Assembly: GCA_963727005.1 (NCBI GenBank)
Contig: CAVSEO010000005.1
Location: 833,044-897,043, forward strand
Direction of reading: 5' to 3'
Source of the DNA: an uncultured Chloroflexia bacterium
GTDB lineage: Bacteria; Chloroflexota; Limnocylindria; Limnocylindrales; CSP1-4
Length of the DNA: 64,000 nt
Part shown: positions 41,514-52,874 of the stretch, piece by piece
Layout: each line of letters opens with the position of its first letter
Numbering within the stretch: position 1 is the first letter of the stretch
Notes under the pieces: generated by a model
What the model was told of the DNA's origin: nothing
Databases searched by the model: none
Seen by the model: the letters and a program-made list of their open reading frames with translations, nothing else
Translations under genes and position numbers: made by a program

Positions 41514-43835
41514 ATGCGCTACTACGAGCCGGCCGGCGTCGAGGCAGTCCTGGACCGGCTGCTGGGCGAGCCTTCGCTCTCCGGCGGCGTGGTCCACCAC
41601 GCCCTCATTCCCGCCAGACCGGCCGATTTCGTGCCCATGCCGGAGTGGCTGAACCCGAACCTCGTCGCGGGCCTGGCGACGCGCGGCGTCGAGCGGCTGT
41701 ACCGCCATCAGGCCGAGGCGATCGAGGCCGTCCGAGACGGCGAAGACGTGGTCGTAGTCACGCCGACGGCCTCGGGCAAGTCGCTGTGCTATCTCGTGCC
41801 CACGCTCCAGGCCCTGGCCGACGACCCGACCGCGCGGGCGCTGTACCTCTTCCCCACCAAGGCTCTCGGCCAGGATCAGGTCGCCGAGCTCGGCGAGCTG
41901 AGCCGCGCCGCCGGCCTGCAGATCAACGCCTCGACCTACGACGGCGACACGCCCAACCCGATCCGCTCGGCCATCCGGTCGGCCGGGCAGGTCGTGGTCA
42001 CCAACCCGGACATGCTCCACGCCGCGATCCTGCCGCACCACACCAAGTGGTTCCAGCTCTTCGAGCAACTCCAGATCATCGTCATCGACGAGCTGCACAC
42101 GTACCGGGGCCTCTTCGGCAGCCACGTCGCCAACGTGCTGCGCCGCCTGCTGCGCATCTGCGCCCACTACGGCTCGCATCCGGTGATCGTGTGCTGCTCG
42201 GCCACGATCGGCAACCCGGCGGAGCTGGCGGCCACTGCTGACCGGCCGCACGGCCCGGGTCGTGGATCGGAACGGCGCTCCGTCCGGGCGAGCGCCACAT
42301 CGCTGCTGGTCCAGCCGCCGCTTCTCGATCCCGCCACCGGCGCGCGCGGATCGGCGACGACCCTGGCGACACGCTGGGCACTGCCGTTTCTTCGGGCCGG
42401 CCGCCAGACCCTCGTCTTCGGCCGGTCCCGGGTCGGCGTGGAGCTGATGCTCACCAACCTGCGCGAGGCGCTGCGACTCGGGGACGGCCCGCGCAGCCGC
42501 GTCCGCGGCTATCGCGGCGGGTACCTGCCCACGGAGCGGCGGGCCGTGGAGCGCGGCCTGCGCGACGGCGAGCTGCTGGGCGTCGTGAGCACCAACGCCC
42601 TGGAGCTCGGCGTGGACGTCGGCCAGCTGGACGTCTCGATCCTGGCCGGCTATCCGGGCTCGATCGCGGCCACCTGGCAGCAGATGGGCCGCGCCGGCAG
42701 ACGGTCCGGAACGAGCGTGTCGGTCCTCATCGCCGGAGGCGGGCCGGTCGATCGTTACGTCGTCGAGCATCCCGAGTTCCTGCTGGCTTCCACGCCGGAG
42801 GAAGCCCGACTCGATCCGGACAACCTCCACGTCCTGCTCGGCCATCTGAAGGCGGCCTGCTTCGAGATGCCATTCGAACCCGGCGAGCGTTTCGGCCCGC
42901 AGGAGGCCGAGCCGCTGCTGGCGTTCCTCGCCGAGGAGGGCCTGGTCCGCCAGGCCGGCGACGATCGCTGGTACTGGTCCAGCGACAACTTCCCGGCTTC
43001 GTCGGTGTCGCTCCGGGCCGCGGCGCAGGAGAACGTCGTGATCATCGACACGACTCCGAACCGGCCTCGGGTGATCGGCGAGATCGACATCTTCGCGGCC
43101 CAGACGCTCGTCCACGAGGACGCGATCTACATGCACGAGTCGGTCCAGTTCCACGTCGACAAGCTCGACTGGGACGAGCGCAAGGCCTACGTACGCGGGT
43201 GGACATCGACCACTACACCTACGCCGACCGTGCCGTGACGCTGAAGCCGCTCGAAACGTTCGCTTCCGCCGCGGCCACGGGCGGGCAGCGCGCCCACGGC
43301 GAGGTCATGGTCTCGAGCCTCGTGAGCATGTTCAAGAAGCTCAAGTTCGGGACCGACGAGAACCTCGGCTGGGGTCCGGTGCACCTGCCGGAGATCGAAC
43401 TCCAGACGACGGCCTACTGGCTCATGCTCGGCTCCGCGGCGGAAGGCTGGCGACGGGCGGATCTGGACGTTGCCCTGCTGGGTGTCGGCCGGGCGATGCA
43501 GGCCGTGGCGGCGGTCCTGCTGATGGTCGATCCGCGAGACCTCGGGCTGGTCAGCCAGGTTCGCTCACCCCACAACCAGTCGCCCACGGTCTACCTCTAC
43601 GAAACCGTCCCGGGCGGCGTCGGGCTTTCCGAGCGGCTCTTCGAACGCCACGCGGAGCTGGTCGTCCGGCGCCGCCGACCTCATCGCCGGGTGCGCCTGC
43701 GAGAGCGGCTGCCCGGCCTGCACCGGCCCTCGCCTGGAGCCCGACGTGGACGCCAGGGCGCTCGCCCTGCGCCTGCTCAGAGCGCTGGTGGCCGATGCCT
43801 CGGCGACCGGGCAGGCACCGGGAGCGGCGGCATGA
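41514..43835 (+). CDS. MrfA/YprA-like DEAD/DEAH-box helicase with a C-terminal DUF1998 zinc domain. About 4 frameshifts.
   Basis: Motifs: TPTASGKSLCY, VIDELHTYRG, CSATIGNP, STNALELGVDVG, QQMGRAGRR. The DUF1998 end GCACESGCPACTG is in a third frame. Indels lie near 42240, 42295, 43200 and 43665. Confidence 0.82.
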
Positions 43836-45130
43836 CCGTCGAGGCGGCACGCGACTTCGGCGTCGCCTGGACGACCTGCGCCGGCGATCGTCGAAGCGGA
43901 CCCGGAGATCCGGCGGGCAATCGCCGCGGTCGTGGCCGCCGGCGAACCGGTCGGACCGCCGCAGCCCGTCTGGCGGGACCTCCCGCCCGTGGACCGGGCG
44001 TCGCTGGCCAAACGGATGGCCCAGGGCCTGGATGGCGACGCGGTGGAAACGCCCCACGGCTGGTACGTCCGGCGCGAGCTCCGGCCGGTCTACCTGCCCC
44101 TGGATCGGGAGCGCCTGGCGGACCTGCCGGGAATGCCCGCGCGCCGGCACTCCCCTGCTCTGCCTCGACACCGAGACGACGGGCCTCGGCAGCGCCGCCG
44201 GAACGGTGGCATTCCTGGTCGGCATCGGCTGGTGGCAGGGCGACCGTCTGCGGCTCCTGCAGCTCCTTCTGCCGGATCACTCGGAAGAAGGAGCGCTTCT
44301 CGACGCCCTTGCCGACGTCGTCCCGCCCGAGGCCTGGCTCGTCACCTACAACGGCCGGACCTTCGACTGGCCGCTCCTCGAGACGCGCTACCGCATGGGT
44401 CGGCGGCCGCCACCATCCATCTCCGGGCACCTGGACCTGCTCCTCCTCGTGCGGCGCCTCTTCCGCCACCGCCTGCCCGACGCCCGCCTCCAGACGGTGG
44501 AACGGCACCTCCTCCGCCGCCACCGCGCCCCCGACATCCCATCGTGGGAGATCCCGGCCGTCTACCACTCGTTCCTCCGCGGAGGGCCGGCCGGTCCGAT
44601 CCGAGTCGTGGCCCGCCACAACGCGGAGGACGTCGTTACTCTCGGCCGAATCCTGGCGCACCTGGAGCGCGGCTACGGCGACGGGCGAGGTTCGCCGCTG
44701 GGCCCCGCCCGGGGATCTCATGCGGCTGGCCCGCCTCTTCCGCCACGAAGGCCGCTTCGACGAGGCGGTGACATGCCTGGAAACGGCCGGCGAGGCGGTC
44801 GCGGCCGGGGATCCCGACGTCGCCCTGGCCACGGTCGAGCTGGCGCGGCTGCTCCGCCGCCTGGGGCGCCCGGCCGAGGCGGGCGTGGCGTGGAGCCGCC
44901 TCGTCACGGCGAGCGGGCCGCTTGCCGCGCTCGGCTGGATAGAGCTGGCGAAGGAGCGCGAGCATCGCGACCGCAATCTGGCGGATGCCTGGGCGGCCAC
45001 CGACGAGGCCCTGCTGGCTCTCTACCGGAGTCGGGGCAACGGTTCGGCCATGCTGCGGCGCGGCCTGGAGGCCGACCTTGCCAAACGCCGCGCCCGCCTC
45101 GCGCGCCGCCTGGAGCGCCGGGCGCTCTAG
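43832..45130 (+). CDS. MrfB/YprB-like RNase-H-fold (DnaQ-like) exonuclease with a C-terminal TPR-like region. About 4 frameshifts.
   Basis: The ATG overlaps the helicase stop (ATGA). The exonuclease core LCLDTETTGL...LVTYNGRTFDWPLLETRY...HNAEDVV is in frame 43795..45279. The TPR-like tail is in frame 43199..45130. Confidence 0.72.
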   Translation: MTVEAARDFGVAWTTCAGDRRSGPGDPAGNRRGRGRRRTGRTAAARLAGPPARGPGVAGQTDGPGPGWRRGGNAPRLVRPARAPAGLPAPGSGAPGGPAGNARAPALPCSASTPRRRASAAPPERWHSWSASAGGRATVCGSCSSFCRITRKKERFSTPLPTSSRPRPGSSPTTAGPSTGRSSRRATAWVGGRHHPSPGTWTCSSSCGASSATACPTPASRRWNGTSSAATAPPTSHRGRSRPSTTRSSAEGRPVRSESWPATTRRTSLLSAESWRTWSAATATGEVRRWAPPGDLMRLARLFRHEGRFDEAVTCLETAGEAVAAGDPDVALATVELARLLRRLGRPAEAGVAWSRLVTASGPLAALGWIELAKEREHRDRNLADAWAATDEALLALYRSRGNGSAMLRRGLEADLAKRRARLARRLERRAL

Positions 45131-46078
45131 TCCCGGCTTCGATCCCGGGGCGGCCGGGCGCCCATCCGGGATTCCACCTCCGCCCTCGTCGCCACTCCGG
45201 CCAGGCCCACGCCCTCGACCACGAGCGAGCCGGCGGCCGCGGCGAAGCGCAGGCTGCGCGGCGTGGCCAGCTCCCCTGAGGTCAGCCAGGCGACCATCAG
45301 CGCGGCCATGAACACGTCGCCGGCTCCGGTGGGGTCTTCCACGCCGCCGGCAGCCAGGGCTGCGTACCGATTGAGTCCCGCTCCCTGGAGTACAAGCCCG
45401 CCCTGGGCCCCGGCGGTCACCACGATCGTGGCCGCGCTCGCCAATCGCCTGAGTTCGGCCACGTCGAAGCCCGGAGGCAGGTCGTCGACGCTGGCGCAGG
45501 CCAGACCCGCGCGGCGCAGCGAGAGGCGATGCCGCCGGCGCCTTCCGTTCCATCCAGCCGTCGGCTCCGAAATCGCGCAACAGCCCCTGCCAGCCCAGAC
45601 CCACTCGCGCATCGGCCGGGACCGCGGCCGCCCAATCGTCGGGCAGTTCCCCGGCCACGGGACCCAGGAGCCAGCCGCCGGCCGTCCGCCACTCGTCGGG
45701 GAGCGCCGCGACCGGGATGGCGTCGCTCATCGATAGCCAGCGCTGGCGCCGATGGCCGTCTTCCTCGATGTTCTCGAAGACGGGGCCGTGCTCCAGCGCG
45801 ACCGGACGCAGCCGGACCCCGGCGAGCCGCAAGAGCTCCAGCTCGTCGGCGTCCGCCGCCAGGCCGTCCACGCCCACCAGGCAGCCGACCCTCAGCCCCA
45901 GGCGAGCCGCGGCGAGTGAGCAGTAGGTGGCCGATCCCCCGAGCCGCCAGCCTCTCGTGTCGCGGTCCGTGAGATCGCGCGAAGCCGCGCCGACGACCAC
46001 CAGGTCCGGCACGTCCGCGCTCTCCGGCCGAACCGATGCGATCGATGGTCCGTCGTATACTCGGCGCGCTTCCGGCAT
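45127..46078 (-). CDS. PfkB-family carbohydrate/nucleoside kinase. One frameshift near 45530.
   Basis: The N-terminus is in 44636..46078 (VVVGAASRD). The C-terminus is in 45127..45612 (DPTGAGDVFMAALM). Confidence 0.75.
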
Positions 46079-46100
46079 CCGTTCCCCCTGGAGTCCAACC

Positions 46101-46455
46101 GTGTTCTTCTACGAACTTCGCGAAGGTGACGACGACATCTTCGCCGACGTGCTCCTTCTCCGCGAGGAGGAGATGGACGCCGACTCCTTCTTCGAGCTCG
46201 TCCAGTCGATCCGCCTCCGCGTCCAGGACTCGTTCCCGCAGAACACGCTGATCGAGGCGATCGCGGAGGAGCTGGAGCGCGACCACGACTTCATCGCCGA
46301 TCTCCGACGAACGCCTCTCGGCGTCGGTCAACGTCTCCAAGCTCGACGACGACAACTACCTCGCCGAGCTGGATCCGGAAGACGAAGACGAGGACCTGCC
46401 CGACTACAAGGGCATCTTCGTGGACCTGCTCCGCGAGGACAACCGCCCCAATTGA
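46101..46455 (+). CDS. Small acidic hypothetical protein. One frameshift near 46300.
   Basis: GTG at 46101 follows a GGAG motif. FFYELREGDDDIFADVLLLREEEMDADSFFELV... continues after a +1 shift as ISDERLSASVNVSKLDDDNYLAELDPEDEDEDLPDYKGIF...RPN. Confidence 0.45.
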
Positions 46456-46462
46456 CGGCTCG

Positions 46463-47567
46463 CTACTTGCTGAAGAGGATCTCGATCACGTCGCCGTCGC
46501 GGACCGTGTAGGTCTTGCCTTCGGACCGGAGCTTGCCGTGCTTGCGCGCCTCCGCCATCGACTTCAGGGCAAGCAGGTCCTCGTAGGGGACGACCTCGGC
46601 CCGAATGAAGCCTTTCGCGAGGTCGGTGTGAATGGCGCCGGCCGCGTCCACCGAGGAGGAGCCGTCCGGGACCGGCCAGGCTCGAACCTCGTCAGGGCCG
46701 GCAGTCAGGAACGAGATGAGACCGAGCAGCCGATAGCTGAGCCGGATGACTCGGTCGAGGCTCGACTCGTGCAGGCCCAGCTCTTCCATGAAGACCGCCG
46801 CGTCGTCGGGCTCGAGCTCGCCCAGCTCCATCTCGATCTTGGCCGACAGCGCGTCCACGATCGTGTGCTCGGTGCTCGTAGCGCCCGCCTATCCCGGCCA
46901 CGAGCTCGGGCTCGCGCGGTAGATCCGCCTCGCCGACGTTCAGGAGCACGAGGACCGGTTTCTGGGTCAGGAAGCGGAACCCTCGGATCGACTTCTCCTC
47001 TTCCGGGAGCAGGGCCTCGTCGCGCAGAGGCCGTCCCGCGAGCAGCGGCACGTGGAGTCGTTCCAGCAGGGCCAGCTCGCGATCGTTGGCGTCGCGTTCG
47101 GCCGGAGTCCCGTGGTGGCCGCTGCCGTGCAGGCGTTCGATGCGTTTCTCCATGACCGACAGATCGGCCAGGGTGAATTCCAGGTCGAGTCGCTCGAGGT
47201 CCCGCCAGGCGTCGACCGAACCCTCCGGGTGCGGCAAGGCCGGGTCTTCGAAGGCCCGCACCACGTGCAGCAGAGCGTCGGCTTCGCGCAGCCGGGCCAG
47301 CTGGTCGGCCGGCAGCTCCTCGGTGCCCACCCGCCCCTCGGTCGAGGCCGGAGGCGCAGGCAGGTCGAAGTAGGTGACGTCGGCATGGACGATCTTGCGG
47401 GGCTTGAATATCTCGGCCAGCCGATCGAGCCGCTCGTCGGGGACCTTGACGGTTCCCACGTGCAGCTCCATGCCGCCGTAACCGCCGGTCTGGGCGTGGC
47501 CCCGGGTCAGGGTGTTGAAGACGGTCGTCTTCCCCGAGCCGGCCAGCCCGACGATGGCGATCTGCAT
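46463..47567 (-). CDS. ychF: Ribosome-binding ATPase YchF. One frameshift near 46880.
   Basis: The G domain is in 46692..47567 (IVGLAGSGKTTVFN, LLHVVRAF). The C-terminal TGS-like domain is in 46463..46858 (IHTDLAKGFIRAEV, GKTYTVRDGDVIEILF). Confidence 0.88.
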
Positions 47568-47625
47568 GTGGTCACGACCTCCAGAGGGCTGCGCTCGTGC
47601 GTCCCCAGATGCTAACCGACGGGCC

Positions 47626-48657
47626 TCAGTAACCGGCGGCCAGGTCCACGACGTATTCGAGCGGCTGACCGGAGCGGTAGCGGCGCAGGTTGTCGCAGAA
47701 GACGTCGAACGTGCGACCGAGGACCGCGGCGCTGGACCACGAGGTGTGCGGCGTGACGATGCAATTGGGCAGCCGGTAGAAGGGCGACGTCTCGGGCAGG
47801 GGCTCTTCGCGGAAGGTGTCCAGTACGGCGCCGCCCAGACGGCCGCCCCGAAGGGCTCGCAGGAGCGCCACTTCGTCGACGAGCCCGCCGCGGGCGACGT
47901 TGATGAGCCAGGCCCCGGGCTTGACGCCCGCCAGGGCGACGTCGTCGATGACCGCTTCGGTCTCGCCGGTCAGCGGCAGCGCCAGGACGACGAAGTCGGA
48001 GACGGCCAGCAGCTCCGGCACTGCGTGGAGATCGCCGAGCACCTCGATCCCCTCCAACGGAGCCGCGCCGAGCCGGCGCCGAACCGCCACGATCCTCGGC
48101 CCGAAGGGCCCGGCGAGTCTGGCCACCTCGCAGCCGATGCCGCCCACACCCAACAGCCCGATCGTCGTATCGGCCAGTTCGACGGCCTCGATCGGCTGCC
48201 ACGTCCGTTCACGCTGCAACTCGATCAGCTGCGGCAGCCGCCGGCAGATGGCCAGGATCATCGTCATGACGTACTCGGCGATCGGCTCGCTGAAGACGCC
48301 TCGGCCGTTGGTCACGGTCAAGCCGCGCAATCGCACACAAGGTGTCAGCATCGACTCGACGCCGACCGAAACCGAGTGGATCCAGCGCAGCTTCGGCGCC
48401 CGGCCTACGAACCGGTCGAGGGCGTCGCTTCCAAGTGACCAGCCGCGCAGCAGGACCTCGACCTCATCCACCGGCTCGTCGGCGATTCCTTCCGCGGAGA
48501 CCGGGATGATTCGCGCGCCGGGAGCCGCCTCGAGGATCCTCTCGCGCATCGACCCGAAGGCGTCGCGGCCGGTCAGGACCGGGCTGATGGCGATGGCCAG
48601 CGGCGAGCCGCCCGGGCCGTGGCCCGGACCGACGAGTTCGAGGCTGTCAGTGCTCAT
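47626..48657 (-). CDS. D-isomer-specific 2-hydroxyacid dehydrogenase family protein
   Basis: Intact 343 aa with GLLGVGGIGCEVA (NAD-binding motif), NVARGGLVDE and TPHTS. Confidence 0.8.
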   Translation of the reverse strand: MSTDSLELVGPGHGPGGSPLAIAISPVLTGRDAFGSMRERILEAAPGARIIPVSAEGIADEPVDEVEVLLRGWSLGSDALDRFVGRAPKLRWIHSVSVGVESMLTPCVRLRGLTVTNGRGVFSEPIAEYVMTMILAICRRLPQLIELQRERTWQPIEAVELADTTIGLLGVGGIGCEVARLAGPFGPRIVAVRRRLGAAPLEGIEVLGDLHAVPELLAVSDFVVLALPLTGETEAVIDDVALAGVKPGAWLINVARGGLVDEVALLRALRGGRLGGAVLDTFREEPLPETSPFYRLPNCIVTPHTSWSSAAVLGRTFDVFCDNLRRYRSGQPLEYVVDLAAGY

Positions 48658-48672
48658 GGGCGTCCCCTCTTC

Positions 48673-49963
48673 TCAAACGGCTCCGAGTCCGGGCGCCGGC
48701 ATGACCCGGGCGACCCAGCGTGACGGCATTTCGATCTCCTCCGGCGAGGGCAGAGTCTCAGGGCTCCGCCAGAGCGCCCGCAGCGCCTCGGCTCCACGCG
48801 CCTCGGCAATCGCAGAGACGAACGCCTCGCCCTTCTTGTACTGCTCCATCTTGAGGTCCATGCCGGTCAGTCGCATCATGGCTCGCTCGAAGCCGGTCCG
48901 TTGGGCCCGGCGCGCATGGAACTTCGCGCTGATCGTCTCCACCTCCGGGACCAGGTCCTTCCCGAGATCGTCCATGATGTAGTCCCCGAACCCCTCGAGC
49001 AGGCTCATGATGGCCTGGATCTCGCGGAACTCCCGCTTCTGCTCGGCGGTCATGAACCCCTCCATCCAGTACTCACCCGCGCCGGCTCCCCGGAGCGCCC
49101 GCCGCAGGCGACCGACAGCCTCTCGATTCATCACGGACACGCCGGCCGACAGGGAAACCAGCTGGTGCTCCAACCGCGACGAGAGGTACGGCCGGAGCCA
49201 GGGGTGGGCCTCGAACTCGTAGGCGTGCGTCGTCTCGTGGAGCGCTATCCAGGTCCGGAACGGGTTCAAGGGCACGGCGAGCGCGGAGGCGGTGGCCCGG
49301 ATGTTCTCGTCGAGGAAGACCAGACGGCCGGGTTCGGCCTCCGCCGATAGCAGGGCCAGGTCGTACTGGCCCAGGACCCGCTGCCCGAGGAAGCCCAGCA
49401 GATAGCCGACCTGGCGCGTGGTCACCTTGCGGTTGACTATCGCCATGGTCGCCTTCATCACGCCCATCCCCGGCGGCATCACCTCATCGAGCAGGCCCTT
49501 CTCGACCTTGCCCATCAGCCTGGCGAAGGTCGCGACGTTGTCGTGGATCCACGTCTCCCGGTCGATGACACCGCTCCGTTCCACGATACCGGGCAGCCGG
49601 GCATCGAGGGCCTTCCCCAGTGCCGGAACGATCTCGCCCATGGCCGACGGCATAGATCGGGGCCGCGCGCTCCAGTTCGAACGACTCGAGCCTGCCCGGA
49701 GCGCGCCGGATCCGGGCGACCGCCAACCGCTCCGCCGCGTCCCAATCGACCAGACCGCGCCGGGCAGATTCCTCGACCCGCCTTCCGAGCACCGTCACGG
49801 CGGCGCCTATGGCCGCCCCCACGAGGAGACCGGCCTGGAGGAAGGCGTCGCGCTTCCAGTTCGGGCGCGACGACCCGGACCCGGAGACACGTCCCGACGA
49901 GTCCGCTCTGGAGCCCGCCCCGGTGTCGCCCTTCGCCCCTCGCCCGGTGGAGCGCTTGCTCAT
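48673..49963 (-). CDS. DUF2342-family zinc metalloprotease (the family often annotated as F420 biosynthesis-associated). One frameshift near 49650.
   Basis: The N-terminus is in 49484..49963. The body in 48673..49653 carries HETTHAYEF (HExxH). Its start overlaps the reconstructed murI stop (ATGA). Confidence 0.7.
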
Positions 49964-50881
49964 GCCCGGCGAACCGACAGATCGACCGGCTCGACATCCG
50001 GGAAGGTCTCGCCGAACATGCGCTCCGCGACGGCCCGGAAGGCGGCCACGTCTCCGGTCGTGAGCTGACGGTGGGTCGGCGGCGCCGCTACCTCGCCGGT
50101 CGGCTCATGACCCGCCATTCCGGCGTCCGCGGCGGTACCTCGGGTAGTGCCCGGCGCTTCGAGCGCGTTGACCGAGAGCAGCTCGGCCAGCGACGACGCC
50201 GGTGGCCGTCGCCGAATCCACTATCGCCACGCCATCGCCGACGGAATCCCTGAGCGGCCCCGCCAGGAGCGGGTAGTGAGTGCAGCCGAGAAGAAGGGTG
50301 TCTATTCGTGCCGACTGCGGCAGCGGGAAGATGAACTCGCCGTCCTCGTTCCGCTCCCCCAGGAGTGGCGCGACGGCCCGGCGAACCGCCTCCAGAACCT
50401 CCCGGCCCCCCAGCCGCCCGGCCTCGACGAGCGGAACGAGAGCGGGGGTGGCGTGCTCGTAGACCTCGATGGCCGGGTTCTCGTCCTTTATCGCGTTGAA
50501 GTAGGCGCGTGAGCGCACCGTGGCCGGCGTTGCGATGACGCCGACGCGGCGGTTGCGGGTAGCCAGGGCGGCTGCCGCGGCGCCCGGGCGCACGACGCCC
50601 AGGACCGGCAGGTCGTAGCGGCGCCGGAAGTCGGCCAGGGCCACGGACGTGGAGGTGTTGCAGGCGACGACGAGAGCCTTCACGTCGCGCCTCACCAGGG
50701 CGTCGAGCGACTGCGTGCTGAAGCGGCGCACTTCGTCGTCCGAGCGGATGCCGTACGGGGCGCGGGCGTTGTCGCCCAGGTAGATGGTCGACTCGAAGGG
50801 CAGCCGTCGCAGGATCTCGCGAAGGACGGTCAGGCCGCCTACTCCGGAGTCGAAAACACCAATGGGACGCGGGTCGGACAC
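49960..50881 (-). CDS. murI: Glutamate racemase. One frameshift near 50200.
   Basis: Motifs in frame 50105..50881: GVFDSGVGGLTV, LVVACNTS, LLGCTHYP. After the shift the sequence reads SSLAELLSVN...QLTTGDVAAFRAVAERMFG, ending at 49960. GTG start at 50881. Confidence 0.88.
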
Positions 50882-52029
50882 GGTCTCAGTGTCTCACCGC
50901 GGCGCCGGCGGCGCGGCCGGCGATCGTCTGCGGCAGCGCGTCTCAAGTCCAGACTCACCGCCGCGTCGGGGCTGGAAACGACGAACGGCATGCCTTCGTT
51001 GTTCGCCTGAACCACCAGCCGGCCGTCGGAAACCACTTCGAAGTCCGGCCGTCGGCCGAGCGCCCTGGCCAGCTCGTCGCGATTGAGACCGCCGCTCGAG
51101 TCGGCCCGGTTCAACAGGTAGTGCACCTTCTCGGGCGCGTAGCCGATCGAGGCGAACACCTCCGCCACGGCGATCGTGTTGTGGATCGTCGTCGAGTCGT
51201 AGGTCACGATCGAGAGGACGACGTCGCTGGCGTCGAGGAAAGCGAGCGTCACTTCGGTCAGCGACGATGGAGTGTCGATCACGATGGCTTCGTACAGCCG
51301 GCGGAGGAGCGAGATCGTCTTCTCGACGTCGCGAGCGGAGACCATCTCGGCCATCTCGACGCGAGGTGGCGCCAGAAGGATGTCGACGCCGGATGGGTCG
51401 CGCCACATCACGTCTCGCAGGTCCGACTCCTGGATCCTGTCGGTCGGCAGGTCCAGGATCGACGGCACGTCGCTCGGCACCTTCAACAGGGACCGAAGGT
51501 CGCCGTACTGGAGGCTGCCGTCGATCAATGCCGTCTTCAGCCCCATCTGCCCGAGAGCGACGGCCAGGTTGAAGGCGATCGTCGTCTTGCCCACACCGCC
51601 TTTCGGCGAGAAGACGGCCACGACACGACACGCTCCGGAGGCGCGGGCCTGCCGATCCGCCAGGACGTGGGTGAACGTATTCACCAGCTCGAAGCCGCTG
51701 AACGGCAGCGTCAGAACCGCGTCGATGCCGCGAGCGGGATCGCGGGCAAGCGGATGCTGGGGCACGGTCAGCACCACTACCGGGATCTCGAGACCGGAGT
51801 CGCGCAACTTCTCGATCAGCTGCGGCCCCTTCATCTTGCCCTGCAGCAGCAGATCGATCATCACGACGTCCGGCCGGAGCTGCCTCGCCGACTCGAGGAC
51901 TTTGGAGCCGTCGTTCAGGACCTCGAGCAGCTTGACCTGCGACTGGACGCTGAGCAGGTTTCGGACGTGCTGACTGACCTGCGGGACATCCTCCGCGATT
52001 ATCAGACGAATGGAGCTGGGGCTCGCCAC
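50839..52029 (-). CDS. Receiver-domain / MinD-ParA-type ATPase fusion (CpaE-like), second copy; the receiver lacks the conserved Lys
   Basis: 396-aa ORF with REC (RLIIAEDVP, DVVMIDLLL, VVVLTV, but AVLTLPF instead of xxxKPF) and a deviant Walker A (SPKGGVGKTTIA). The last ~14 codons overlap murI, and the 3-prime end may carry an indel. Confidence 0.78.
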   Translation of the reverse strand: MASPSSIRLIIAEDVPQVSQHVRNLLSVQSQVKLLEVLNDGSKVLESARQLRPDVVMIDLLLQGKMKGPQLIEKLRDSGLEIPVVVLTVPQHPLARDPARGIDAVLTLPFSGFELVNTFTHVLADRQARASGACRVVAVFSPKGGVGKTTIAFNLAVALGQMGLKTALIDGSLQYGDLRSLLKVPSDVPSILDLPTDRIQESDLRDVMWRDPSGVDILLAPPRVEMAEMVSARDVEKTISLLRRLYEAIVIDTPSSLTEVTLAFLDASDVVLSIVTYDSTTIHNTIAVAEVFASIGYAPEKVHYLLNRADSSGGLNRDELARALGRRPDFEVVSDGRLVVQANNEGMPFVVSSPDAAVSLDLRRAAADDRRPRRRRRGETLRPCPTRVPLVFSTPE

Positions 52030-52041
52030 TGGCCGACTATA

Positions 52042-52867
52042 TCAAGGTCGAGAGGCGGGTCTGCCCCGCCTCCGTGCTACCAGGATCACCCGTTCGTCAT
52101 GGGGACCGACCGGATCGAGGTCGTAATCGCCCGCCAGAATCTCCACGTCCAGCTCCGCGGAATCCGCGAGTGAGGCCAGCTCCTCGGCGTTGAGAAGCCG
52201 CAGGCGATCCTCGCGAATCCATCGCCTGGCCGGCCCGCCGGGCTCGCCTTCGTCGTAGATGGTCGTCAGCTCGACGTGCCCCGTGGCCGGTTCGTGCTGC
52301 GCCGACGCCATCTTCGTCACCAGAAGGCCGGTCTCGGGGTCGAGGCGCACGTACTCCAGGCCCAGCCTTCCGTCGTACCGGGCCAGTTCGTCGCCGCTCG
52401 GAACCCACACGTCCACGACCGCGATGCCGCCCGGCGCCAGGTGACGAGCCATCGTTCGAAGCGCCTCGCGCTGGCGGTCCCTGGACGCGAGAAGCAGGAT
52501 CGAGTTCAAGGCCAGGATGGCGAGATGGAACCGCGGTCCTCCGGGCAGGCTCGAGGCCGATGAGATCGGCCTCGACAAGCTCCACCCTGGCCCGAACGGC
52601 GGGATCGGCTCCGGCCGTGGCTTTCTCGGCCCGGGCCAGCATCGCCGGATCGATATCGACCGCCGTCACGTCGTAGCCGGCCTCGGCAAGCGGCACGGCG
52701 ACGCGGCCGGAACCGCAGGCGATCTCCAGGACCGGCCCTCCGGTTCGCCCGGCAAGCGCCAGGTACAGGTCCAGGTCGCCCGGGTCCTCCGCCAGGTCGA
52801 CGTCGTACAGCCGGGCCAGCGCGGCGGCGGTCTTGGGATCGCGAGGCGGCTCGGCCATCAGGGTCAA
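52042..52867 (-). CDS. Class I SAM-dependent methyltransferase. One frameshift near 52555.
   Basis: Motif I (VLEIACGSGRVAVPLAEAGYDVTAVDIDPAML) is in frame 52097..52867. The remainder is in frame 52042..52578 (LAPGGIAVVDVW). Confidence 0.8.
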
Positions 52868-52874
52868 GCCTAGC

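Noticed and set aside
41514-43835. The DUF1998-containing helicase as part of a DISARM-like or other anti-phage defence island
   Set aside because: The DUF1998 domain is fused to the helicase and followed by a YprB-type exonuclease, the housekeeping MrfAB layout. No PLD nuclease, methyltransferase or other defence genes are adjacent.
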